NCBI GenBank assembly: GCA_963702685.1
Contig: CAVPDQ010000022.1
Coordinates: 110,677 to 174,676, forward strand
Length of the DNA stretch: 64,000 nucleotides
DNA from: an uncultured Alphaproteobacteria bacterium
GTDB lineage: Bacteria > Pseudomonadota > Alphaproteobacteria > ATCC43930 > CGMCC-115725
Reading direction: 5' to 3'
This document shows, piece by piece, positions 16,831 to 26,963 of the stretch. The position numbers and the translations under genes were made by a program. Each line of letters begins with the position of its first letter. The stretch's first letter is position 1. Under the pieces are notes generated by a model. It saw only the letters and a list, made by a program, of their open reading frames with translations, did not search any database and was not told the origin of the DNA.

Positions 16831-19395
16831 TCAAAATGACGAGAGCGGCGCCCGCTTCCACGTGTTCGGGGCTGAGCAAAAGTAGACATAATTGATGTCG
16901 GCCTGAAGCTGGCCGGTGTTGCATGCCGCCGAGCTGGAGGCGGGGGTGCCGGGCGAAATCAATCCGCCGAGATCGTTGATCGTCTGAGGCGTGGCCGACA
17001 CGACCCGAAAGTTGCTGCCGTCGAAGCGGAGCTGGAGATATTCATAATTCTGGCCTGCGGCGACAGCGATCGAGGAGACCGCCGCACCACCGCCTGCCGG
17101 TTCCAAGATTGCGCCGCCGGAGACGCCGTTGACCCGTACGGTAAGCGATTTGCCGTTGTCCGTCGTAAATCCCATGGTCCAGCCGGCGCCAATCGTGGTT
17201 GTGGACGGCAAGGTCACGGTGAGGCCGACGGCGGTGTTGAAGCTCGACAAGGCATTGCCGTTGTCGCTCGTTGCGGCGGCATAGGTTGCTGCCGATGGAA
17301 AATTCCAGCGGTTGATGTCGGTGGCCGAGCCGGCGATGCCGATCAGCGCCGCCGTCGCGGGCGTCGCATCGGTGACGCGGAAATTGCTGCCGTCGAACCG
17401 CAGCACCACAAACTCGTAGCTGCCAGGCGCCAACGACGCTGTGGTCACCGTAGCGCCGCTGCCGGGATAGAGGATATGACCGCCTGAGACGCTGTTGGCT
17501 TGGACCGAAACCGTCTTGTTGTTGTCCGTGGCGAGCGCTATCGTCCAACCCATCGGGAGGCTGGTGGTGGGGGGCAGGGTCACGGCCAGAAACCCGAGCG
17601 GGCTGTTGGAGCTCGACACGATATTGCCGTTGTCGGCGACGCTGGCATCGTAGGCGCTGACCGCAGGAAAGCTCCAATGGCTGAGTGCCGTAGCACCCAG
17701 CATTCCAATCGCCTGGGCGGTCGCGGGCGTCGCCTGGACAACCCGGAAATTGCCGCCCCCGTCATATTGCAGCACCATGAATTCGTACGCCCCCTGGCTG
17801 GTGTTTGCCATGGCGACGCTGGTCACCGATGCGCCGCTGCCGGGCCAGACGATGTGGCCGCCCGAGCTGCTGTTTACCGCAACCGATAGCGGCTGCCGGC
17901 TGTCGGTGGCAAAGCCCAAGCTCCAGCCGGTGGGCAATCCGGTTGTCGGCGGCAACGTAACGGCAAGACCCGAGGCGGTATTGAAGCTGGACAGCACATT
18001 GCCGTTGTCGGCGAGGGTCGCGGAATACCCGGAGCTCGATGGATAGAGCCAATTGCTGGGCCATGGCGGCGGCTCAAAACCATTCGTCAGGCGGGTGTTG
18101 CGGGTGGAAGAGACCAGGCGCCAATTATTGCCGTCGGATTGCAGGCGAACATATTCGTAGTTGCCGGCGCCGAGGGTGATCGAGGGTTGGAACTTGTTTC
18201 CCGAGACGATACTGCCGCTGGGTGCGGCCACGATCATCCCTTTGCCGTTGTCGGTGGCGAACGCCATCGTCCAGCCGGGATTGACATCGGCGATCGGCGG
18301 CAATGTGACCGTCATCGACGCGCCGGGCGTGTTGAAGCTCGAAATCGCCATGCCGTCATCGATCGGCGCCGCAGTGTAGGTGGCCGCCGTCGGAAACAGC
18401 CATTGGGTGCGCGATCCGGTCCCTTGAACTGAAATGCCGATCGAGTTCGGCCCGAAGTTCACAGTGTTTCCGCCATAATTCGGATTGATCAGCATATTGC
18501 CGATCGATGCGGTCGCATCGACCGCCGTAGCGCAATCGAAATAGGGCGAGACGAAGGTGTTGAGCCCGTTGTGGTTGAATGTAATCGACAGGCAGGTTGG
18601 CGACGCTTCCAAGTCCAATCCAAAAAAGGTATTTGAAAAGTTGAAGCCGTTTTCCAGGACGAGCGCGCGCCCGCCCGTTGCCTGCGCCGTGCCGGCCCCG
18701 GAAATTCGGGAGAATTGGGTCTGCTCGAACGCCATTCCGGCGCCACCGCCTGCCGAGTCGCAAACCGCATAGATGTCGCTGTCGAGCACCGAGTTGAATT
18801 GGCAACCGCCGGCAGCGGACGCGCTCGACGCGTTATTGACGACCAGGTGATCGATCTTGGCCGAGTTATGGGCATCCGAAAAGTCGGTCTTGCCGATGAC
18901 GACGGCGTAGGTCGGGGTGGCCGCATCGATAAAGAGCGTGCCTTCCTCCTTGAAATAAAAGCATCCGGTCGGGCTGCCGACAGTGCCGCCGCTGCATTCG
19001 ACCTGCAGCACCGGCCCTGAAGCGATGCCGCGGCCGTCGATAACCGCGCCATCGGAAACCAGCCGGAAGCCTCTGCCGGCTTGTCCGGCATAGTCGATCG
19101 TCAGCTCGGCGGTCACTTTGTAGGTGCCAGCCGATAGATAAACCGGCCAACCGTTGGCGATCCCGCTGTCGATTGTGCTCTGGATCGCTCCGGTGTCGTC
19201 GTGACTGTCGTCGCCGACGGCACCGTTGCAACGGATGTCGATCCATGGGTGGCCGCTGCACACCAAGACGTCGCCGCCAAGGGTCGCGGTGCCGGTAGTC
19301 GACAAGGTCGAAAAATTGCCCGGTGCTTGCGCTAGGCTGGGCCAGGCGATCCCGAATCCCAAGCTGAGCGCGGCAAGTCCCAGCGCCGTCTTCAT
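16831..19395 (-). CDS. Pectate-lyase-fold (tailspike/depolymerase-like) protein with a signal-peptide-like N-terminus and four C-terminal tandem domains (854 aa)
   Basis: Start moved to the ATG at 19395 (TGATG overlap with the upstream gene). N-terminus is MKTALGLAALSLGFGIAWPSLAQA. It carries the motif NGAVGDDSHDDTGAIQ...VYLSAGTYKV and four ~100-aa repeats. Confidence 0.65.
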   Translation of the reverse strand: MKTALGLAALSLGFGIAWPSLAQAPGNFSTLSTTGTATLGGDVLVCSGHPWIDIRCNGAVGDDSHDDTGAIQSTIDSGIANGWPVYLSAGTYKVTAELTIDYAGQAGRGFRLVSDGAVIDGRGIASGPVLQVECSGGTVGSPTGCFYFKEEGTLFIDAATPTYAVVIGKTDFSDAHNSAKIDHLVVNNASSASAAGGCQFNSVLDSDIYAVCDSAGGGAGMAFEQTQFSRISGAGTAQATGGRALVLENGFNFSNTFFGLDLEASPTCLSITFNHNGLNTFVSPYFDCATAVDATASIGNMLINPNYGGNTVNFGPNSIGISVQGTGSRTQWLFPTAATYTAAPIDDGMAISSFNTPGASMTVTLPPIADVNPGWTMAFATDNGKGMIVAAPSGSIVSGNKFQPSITLGAGNYEYVRLQSDGNNWRLVSSTRNTRLTNGFEPPPWPSNWLYPSSSGYSATLADNGNVLSSFNTASGLAVTLPPTTGLPTGWSLGFATDSRQPLSVAVNSSSGGHIVWPGSGASVTSVAMANTSQGAYEFMVLQYDGGGNFRVVQATPATAQAIGMLGATALSHWSFPAVSAYDASVADNGNIVSSSNSPLGFLAVTLPPTTSLPMGWTIALATDNNKTVSVQANSVSGGHILYPGSGATVTTASLAPGSYEFVVLRFDGSNFRVTDATPATAALIGIAGSATDINRWNFPSAATYAAATSDNGNALSSFNTAVGLTVTLPSTTTIGAGWTMGFTTDNGKSLTVRVNGVSGGAILEPAGGGAAVSSIAVAAGQNYEYLQLRFDGSNFRVVSATPQTINDLGGLISPGTPASSSAACNTGQLQADINYVYFCSAPNTWKRAPLSSF
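16990..18402 (-). repeat. Four intragenic tandem repeats of ~100-118 codons
   Basis: Repeat units start at WLFP, WLYP, WSFP and WNFP. They share the core DNGN.LSSFNT..GL.VTLP....GW...F.TDN........GG.I.....YE...L..DG.NFRV..AT. Confidence 0.8.
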
Positions 19396-19832
19396 CACCA
19401 CCGCCGTGCCGCAAACGCCTGTCCCGTCGTAGCACCCAGGAGGCTGACGACCCCTGCCGGTCGATATCCAGCAGGTGTCGCGAAAACGCCGCCCGCGGCA
19501 ACCGGTATCGACGCGCCGCCGGAAACCGCGGCGCCGACATCGGAAACATAAAGCACTGCCGACGAGTTGTTCGCCACGAGATAGCCATTGGTCGGCGCTA
19601 CACCGCCGAACAATGTCTGCGCCGAACCGCCGATCGCCACTGTCCCGCTGCCGTCGAGCGCGGCGGATCCGGCCGCATTGATCACTGGCAGCGGGGCAGC
19701 GCTGCTGATCGGGGTCGCGATGCCGCCGGCAATCGTCGCCGGCAAATGAACCGGGACCAGGTTGCCGCCGCCGTCGAGCCCGGTCGCGAGCGACTGCGTC
19801 GCAGTATTGGCGTCCTTGACCAGCAGTGTCAC
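19395..19832 (-). CDS. Hypothetical Gly/Ala-rich phage protein (145 aa)
   Basis: First ORF after terL: MTLLVKDANTATQSLATGLDGGGNLVPVHLPA... It has better coding character than the overlapping Arg-rich extension of the 1026-aa tracked ORF. Confidence 0.55.
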   Translation of the reverse strand: MTLLVKDANTATQSLATGLDGGGNLVPVHLPATIAGGIATPISSAAPLPVINAAGSAALDGSGTVAIGGSAQTLFGGVAPTNGYLVANNSSAVLYVSDVGAAVSGGASIPVAAGGVFATPAGYRPAGVVSLLGATTGQAFAARRW

Positions 19833-19907
19833 TGTCGAGATCCTCCTCGGCAGCCCCGGGCATGGTGTGCCGATCCCGTCTCGGGGCTGATTTCCTGGGA
19901 ATAGCGA

Positions 19908-21272
19908 TCAAGCCTTCGGCGGGTCGAATTCCGATCGCCGATCGTTGAGCCGCCGGTACACCTCATAGATCCCTTGGGCGGCGCCGGGCTCGATCAGCAA
20001 GTCGGTCAATGCCCAAACCAGGGCATCGACCCGGTCGGGAGAATAGCCGGCGGCCTTGCTGTCGAAATCACCTCGCGGACCACGGCTGAAGGTGCACATC
20101 TGGTCTTCGAGCCGCGCGAACGAGCCGACATGATGAACTCGGCCTTGCTCATAGAGTGCCGCGACCGGCTCGGCGCGGGTGATCTTGCCGCGCGCCGCGT
20201 GCACCGCGGAAAACGAAGCGTTAGGGTCGATCACCCGCAGCGTGGCCTCGACCATTTCACCACCGTTATTGACCTCGGCGACAATCCGGTCGGCCCGATG
20301 GGCGCGATAGGCCGCGATCGCCACCTTCGCCCACGCGGCTGGCGTGTAGCGGCCCGATGCATCGGCCAGCACCCAGCCATGCCCTTGGCTGTCTTTGCCG
20401 GCGACGACGATCCCGGTCTCGTCTGCCTCGTCGCCCGAGCTGACCGCCGGATCGATCGCAACCACCACCCGTTCGAGCTCCGGCGGCGAAGGGCTGCGGC
20501 ACGCCTCGATTAGGCCCCGGCTCCAGAGGGCGCCCGGAAGATCGTCGAGAAGCTCGGCCTCGAGCTCTTGACGGCCGAGGCGCGTTCCTTGGTACTTCCG
20601 AACGATCCCGGTCAAAAAATCGGGCGCCAGGTTGGCGCGGTTCTCAAAGGTCGTGCCGCGGGTCAGGGCGATTTTCGAATCGCCGAGAAGGCCACGGATC
20701 AGGCTTGTCGGCCGCGGTGTCGTGGTGACGACGACTCGCGGGTCCGAACCGAGGCGCAGACCGAACATCAGCATGTCCCAGGCCGCGGGATAGCGCCAGC
20801 TGCCGAGCTCGTCGCACCAAGCCGCATCATGTTGAGGGCCGCGCAACCGCTCCGGCTCGTCGGCGCTGAAGAGCGTGGCAGCGGCGCCGTTCGGCCAGGT
20901 CAGCCGTCGCTTCGACGGCTCGTAGAGCGGGCGATCATCGGAATGCGAAATCTCGAGGATACCGCTCTCCCCCTCGACCATGACGTTACGCGCGTCGGTC
21001 GCGGTAGGTGCCACCAGCGCCACCCGGCGCGCTGTTCCCGCCCGCACCCGCGCCCGCACATATTCGGCGCCGGCTCGTGTCTTGCCAAAGCCGCGGCCGG
21101 CTATCAGCAGCCAAACCCGCCAATCGCCTTCCGGCGGCAGCTGGGCACGCCATGCCCAGAACGACCATTCATCGAGCAGTTTCCGCGCCTGGGTCCGGCT
21201 CAGCCCGCTGATCAGCCGGTCCCTCAGCGCTGGCGGCTGCGAGGCGAGCCAGGCGGCGTTTAAGGACCTCAC
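19908..21272 (-). CDS. terL: Terminase large subunit
   Basis: 454 aa with Walker A GRGFGKTRAG and the N-terminal pattern LLDEWSFWAWRAQLPP typical of this terminase family. GTG start is preceded by GGAGGAGGA. Confidence 0.9.
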   Translation of the reverse strand: MRSLNAAWLASQPPALRDRLISGLSRTQARKLLDEWSFWAWRAQLPPEGDWRVWLLIAGRGFGKTRAGAEYVRARVRAGTARRVALVAPTATDARNVMVEGESGILEISHSDDRPLYEPSKRRLTWPNGAAATLFSADEPERLRGPQHDAAWCDELGSWRYPAAWDMLMFGLRLGSDPRVVVTTTPRPTSLIRGLLGDSKIALTRGTTFENRANLAPDFLTGIVRKYQGTRLGRQELEAELLDDLPGALWSRGLIEACRSPSPPELERVVVAIDPAVSSGDEADETGIVVAGKDSQGHGWVLADASGRYTPAAWAKVAIAAYRAHRADRIVAEVNNGGEMVEATLRVIDPNASFSAVHAARGKITRAEPVAALYEQGRVHHVGSFARLEDQMCTFSRGPRGDFDSKAAGYSPDRVDALVWALTDLLIEPGAAQGIYEVYRRLNDRRSEFDPPKA

Positions 21273-21750
21273 GCGGGTCCTCCTCCGGATCGTCCGGCGC
21301 AGGCGGTTCGAGCGGCCGCGGGGCGGCGTCGAAAATGCCGAGATGGCGCGCGAGAACGTCGAGCGCGGCCTTTTTGTCGTATAGCTTCACCCGATGGTTC
21401 TTGCTTCCCGGCGCGCCGGCAATCTCTGAAATGGCTGCCGTGTCGGCATCGTCGAGCCGGTCCGGCGTCTTCAGCACCACCCCGTCGGGGCCCCAGTCGG
21501 CAAGCCGGGCCAAATCGGCAAAGGCGATACGGGCGTATTCCCGCAGCACCCGCTCGGGCGTCACGCCGAGACGGGCAGCACGTTCGGCAATCTCGTCGGG
21601 CGCGGTTGCAGGTGTCGAATTCGGTTTTGCAGCGGCCACCGCCTTGGCGCGACGTTTCGCGTTCGCCGACCGAGGCGCGGGCCACCCACTGGAACGACTC
21701 GTCAATGTCGATGCTCTCGCTGCATTCGATTCGCTCATAGTGTGGTCCAA
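21169..21750 (-). CDS. terS: Terminase small subunit
   Basis: Shows the small-terminase pattern LGVTPERVLREYARIAFADL...VKLYDKKAALDVLARHLG. Its 3' end overlaps terL by 104 nt. An ATG alternative start lies at 21738. Confidence 0.7.
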   Translation of the reverse strand: MDHTMSESNAARASTLTSRSSGWPAPRSANAKRRAKAVAAAKPNSTPATAPDEIAERAARLGVTPERVLREYARIAFADLARLADWGPDGVVLKTPDRLDDADTAAISEIAGAPGSKNHRVKLYDKKAALDVLARHLGIFDAAPRPLEPPAPDDPEEDPREVLKRRLARLAAASAEGPADQRAEPDPGAETAR

Positions 21751-21945
21751 GATGCACGTTGGCGTCGGGCCTGCCGCTCAAAAGCGATGTTCACAGGCAA
21801 CGAGGCCACCTTCGAACCGCAGAGATCGCGACCGAGCTTGTCAGGACAGCGCGACAGTGAATGCGGCGGCCGCCCCGTGTCGGCGTTTTGCCCTGCGTCG
21901 GCGTTCCGCCTCGGCCTCGTTGCCCATCTTTTGCAGTGTGACGCT

Positions 21946-21974
21946 CTTATAGCATATCGATCCGGATTTGTCAA
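21946..21974 (-). promoter_or_regulatory. Near-consensus sigma70-type promoter upstream of terS (late operon)
   Basis: The minus strand reads TTGACA-aatccggatcgatatgc-TATAAG, with a 17-nt spacer and a TGc extended -10. It is an A/T-rich patch in a GC-rich context. Confidence 0.6.
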
Positions 21975-21982
21975 TGAGAAAA

Positions 21983-22561
21983 TCATCTTTTCGCAACGCT
22001 CGGACGATAATGCGGTTCGAGCGCGCCGAGTGCAGCGATCAAAATCCCGGAAGCCGATTCCTGGCTGACGCGGCGCCCGCTCCATCCCTGCTCCGCGGCC
22101 CACTCCTTCAGCGACCGCTCCCAGCCGACAACGTGCCATAAGCAAGAGCCGCCCGGCGACCCGAGACCGCCAACCGCGAGAAGCGCCCGCCAAACCTGGT
22201 CGCGGGCATTTTCGATCCGCGAGCTTCGCTGTTCATCGTTGTTCTGAGCTCGCGCCCGGCCGCTCCGCAGTCGCGACCAGTCGAGCGATCGCAGCGGGTC
22301 GAGCTGGGCGACGGCAAAGGCGCTACGGAAATCCTCGCCGGCTTGGCGCATTCCCGACGTTATCGATCCGCGCCGCTCCATGACCGCCAAGGTGTCCACC
22401 ACCCGGTAGGGCCGGGCCGGCCGCCCTACGCTGTCGGCAATCGCTCGCTCGATGCGCTCAACCGGGTCATGTCTGCGGCGCTCCGCAGTTGGCGTTGCCT
22501 CAGCAACCCCCAAATCCGCGTGATTTTGCGCAATGCTGCGAGAAGATGCTGTGCGTGTCAT
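21983..22561 (-). CDS. Hypothetical phage regulatory-region protein (192 aa), possible late-gene activator
   Basis: Start at 22561 forms an ATGA overlap with the upstream gene. The C-terminal segment CLWHVVGWERSLKEWAAEQGWSGRRVSQESASGILIAALGAL looks HTH-like. The function is a guess. Confidence 0.5.
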   Translation of the reverse strand: MTRTASSRSIAQNHADLGVAEATPTAERRRHDPVERIERAIADSVGRPARPYRVVDTLAVMERRGSITSGMRQAGEDFRSAFAVAQLDPLRSLDWSRLRSGRARAQNNDEQRSSRIENARDQVWRALLAVGGLGSPGGSCLWHVVGWERSLKEWAAEQGWSGRRVSQESASGILIAALGALEPHYRPSVAKR

Positions 22562-22902
22562 CCCAATCTCCGAACATATAGTGAACGATGCGAGCAAGAA
22601 AAAACCCGGAGCGCCTTTTCCAGCTTCGCGATGAAACGAGGCGGCGGTCCTGCGCTATCGCTGCCGCGGCGGCCGCCGACCGCGCCTGCCAGCACCTCGA
22701 TTTCGCCCAGTCGGCGGACTGCGGCCTTGCTGCCTTCGGGCAAGTAGCAGAGAGCGTGATGATGCTGGCAATAGCTCGATCCGGGCCGTCGGGGTTGGCC
22801 GCACCTCGGGTTCCGACCTTGCCCGTCGAGCGGATAAGCGCACCCGTCATCGTCTCGCCGCCGGGCCCGCGCCAGCTCGTTTGCCGCCTCGTGCATCCGC
22901 AT
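22558..22902 (-). CDS. GcrA-like protein (114 aa)
   Basis: CAYPLDGQGRNPRCGQPRRPGSSYCQHHHALCY matches the C-terminal C.[WY]P...CG...G..YC.HH...Y pattern of GcrA-family proteins. Confidence 0.5.
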   Translation of the reverse strand: MRMHEAANELARARRRDDDGCAYPLDGQGRNPRCGQPRRPGSSYCQHHHALCYLPEGSKAAVRRLGEIEVLAGAVGGRRGSDSAGPPPRFIAKLEKALRVFSCSHRSLYVRRLG

Positions 22903-22925
22903 CGCCTTCGACCCCCAAAATCCCT

Positions 22926-22991
22926 TGCCACTATCGCATTGCCATGATAGTGTGGCACCAGCGTTGTGTCAATAGCTATTTGTGGAAATAG
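22926..22991. promoter_or_regulatory. Operator cluster between the repressor and the GcrA-like operon
   Basis: Inverted repeat TGCCACTATC (22926-22935) / GATAGTGTGGCA (22946-22957). Palindrome AATAGCTATT at 22971-22980. Inverted repeat CTATTT..AAATAG at 22976-22991. All share ATAG/CTAT half-sites. Confidence 0.55.
22944..22972 (-). promoter_or_regulatory. Near-consensus promoter for the GcrA-like operon
   Basis: The minus strand reads TTGACA-caacgctggtgccacac-TATCAT with a 17-nt spacer. The -10 lies inside an inverted repeat. Confidence 0.55.
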
Positions 22992-22995
22992 CACA

Positions 22996-23670
22996 ATGAA
23001 CATCGCCTGGTTTCACCAAGCGCTGGAGCGGGCCGGGGTGTCGCAGGCGGACCTCGCCCGCCATCTGCGGCTTGCACCCTCGGCGGTGTCGCGCATGCTC
23101 AAGGGCGAGCGTCAGATCAAGCCGATCGAGTTTGTCCACATTGCGAGCTTTCTCGGCGTGCCGCAGGAAGAGGTTCTGCAGCACGCTGTCGAGGGCACGA
23201 CATCCGTGGCGCCGGCTGACGCGCCGCGACCGGGACGCGGCCGCCCACCCTCCGCATCGATCGGCCTGTCGGCGAGGCCGGCTCAAGAAGCGGACCGGAT
23301 CCCGATTCGCGGTGCGGCGCGCGGCGGCACCGACCAGGAGATGTTCCTGCAAGACGAGATCGGCTACACGCCGCGACCCGCCAATCTGTCCGGGGTGCGG
23401 GCCGCCTATGCGATATATATGGTCGGCGACAGCATGGAGCCCCGCTACGAGCAGGGCTGGCTATTGCATGTAAACCCGTTCAAGCCGCCGATCCGGGGGC
23501 GCGACGTCATTGTCCACAAGGCCGGCCAGATCGTGCTGATCAAGCAGTTCGTCGGCTGGGAAGGCGACACTTTGGTGCTGCGCCAGCTCAACCCTCCGGA
23601 CACTTTGCGCATCCCCCGTGGCGAGGTGCGCGAATGCCACCTCGTCGTCGGCGCCGACCAGGAGGGATGA
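22996..23670 (+). CDS. CI/LexA-like repressor (XRE HTH plus S24 peptidase)
   Basis: N-terminal HTH (GVSQADLARHLRLAPSAVSRMLKG) and a C-terminal S24 domain with GDSMEP and a downstream Lys. The ATG at 22996 has no obvious SD, and a GTG alternative lies at 22966. Confidence 0.85.
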   Translation: MNIAWFHQALERAGVSQADLARHLRLAPSAVSRMLKGERQIKPIEFVHIASFLGVPQEEVLQHAVEGTTSVAPADAPRPGRGRPPSASIGLSARPAQEADRIPIRGAARGGTDQEMFLQDEIGYTPRPANLSGVRAAYAIYMVGDSMEPRYEQGWLLHVNPFKPPIRGRDVIVHKAGQIVLIKQFVGWEGDTLVLRQLNPPDTLRIPRGEVRECHLVVGADQEG

Positions 23671-23675
23671 TGCGG

Positions 23676-23692
23676 GGGTGCGCATCGCACCC
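23676..23692. terminator. Hairpin between the convergent repressor and clpB genes
   Basis: GGGTGCG-cat-CGCACCC. Only a weak T run follows it. Confidence 0.4.
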
Positions 23693-23706
23693 GCGCGTTT
23701 GCGAGA

Positions 23707-26301
<2,595 letters not shown>

Positions 26302-26368
26302 CGTGGGCCTGCTCCGCTGAACCGACCGCAGCACCCCTGATCAGGCGGCGCCGCGACCCTTCAGGGCC

Positions 26369-26398
26369 TATATGAGCTTGGCCCCGATCCCCCGCAAG
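26369..26398 (-). promoter_or_regulatory. Possible RpoH (sigma32)-type promoter upstream of clpB
   Basis: The minus strand reads CTTGCGG-N14-GCTCATATA, resembling CTTGAA-N13-15-CCCCATNTA. It lies 68 nt upstream of the ATG. Confidence 0.35.
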
Positions 26399-26416
26399 CC
26401 GTGACTGTCCTGGCCC

Positions 26417-26821
26417 TCAGAAACCCGGCGGCTGATCGTCCCGCGGCGACATGGCGGGCATCGGTTGGAGCACTGCCTCATCCTGATCGAGCTGCTCGTC
26501 TTCGGACCCACCCAATTCGAGGTCTGCCGGGGTGGTTGGGCGTTGCCCGAGCTGGCCGCCGTCACCATTCGCGTTCATGACGCGGAAATAGTGCTCTGCA
26601 TGCTGATACAGGTTTTCGGCCGCAATTCGATCACCGCTCGATGCCGCCTCGCGAGCCAGCGCAACGTAACGCTCGAACACTTGATAGGCGTTGCCGCGGA
26701 TTTTCACGCTTGGACCGTTGCTGTCAAAAGTCTGAATGCGCTGCGGCGGCCGCGGGCGATTGTAATGCGGGTTGTTCCCATTATTGCGACCGCGCGATCG
26801 TTTGTTGGGTCCTGGTCTCAT
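26417..26821 (-). CDS. DUF4167-family protein
   Basis: Shows the RGRNNGNNPH...SNGPSVKIRGNAYQVFERYVALAREAASSGDRIAAENLYQHAEHYFR pattern typical of the alphaproteobacterial DUF4167 family. Confidence 0.75.
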   Translation of the reverse strand: MRPGPNKRSRGRNNGNNPHYNRPRPPQRIQTFDSNGPSVKIRGNAYQVFERYVALAREAASSGDRIAAENLYQHAEHYFRVMNANGDGGQLGQRPTTPADLELGGSEDEQLDQDEAVLQPMPAMSPRDDQPPGF

Positions 26822-26963
26822 GACACCTGTCTGATCTCGGTGGACACTGTCGGACCTTGGTCCGGGGAAACGTTCCCTCGCCGCCCTTGGCGATTGCGTG
26901 TACGAGTCCCGGCAGGGATGGGTCGCCTTCCCGTGTCAGGCCGGACTCTGCGTCGCCGGCACC

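Larger units (their letters stand above)
1..23670 (-). mobile_element. Prophage or phage-like particle gene cluster (siphovirus-type head and tail module plus S24 repressor); left end runs off the window
   Basis: Contiguous minus-strand order terS, terL, portal, protease/scaffold, capsid, connectors, tail tube, chaperones, tape measure. A divergent XRE/S24 repressor sits at the right edge, 36 bp from the clpB stop. No integrase, replication or lysis genes are visible in the window. Confidence 0.85.

Noticed and set aside
19396-19911. N-terminal 172-codon extension of the 1026-aa tracked ORF
   Set aside because: The extension is Arg-rich and overlaps a better 145-aa ORF in another frame. The internal ATG at 19395 gives a signal-peptide-like start and overlaps that ORF's stop.
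23671-23706. Prophage attachment site or integrase at the clpB-proximal boundary
   Set aside because: Only a 36-bp spacer with a hairpin lies between the repressor and clpB stops. There is no integrase ORF and no repeat partner within the window, and the two tRNA genes are 40 kb away.
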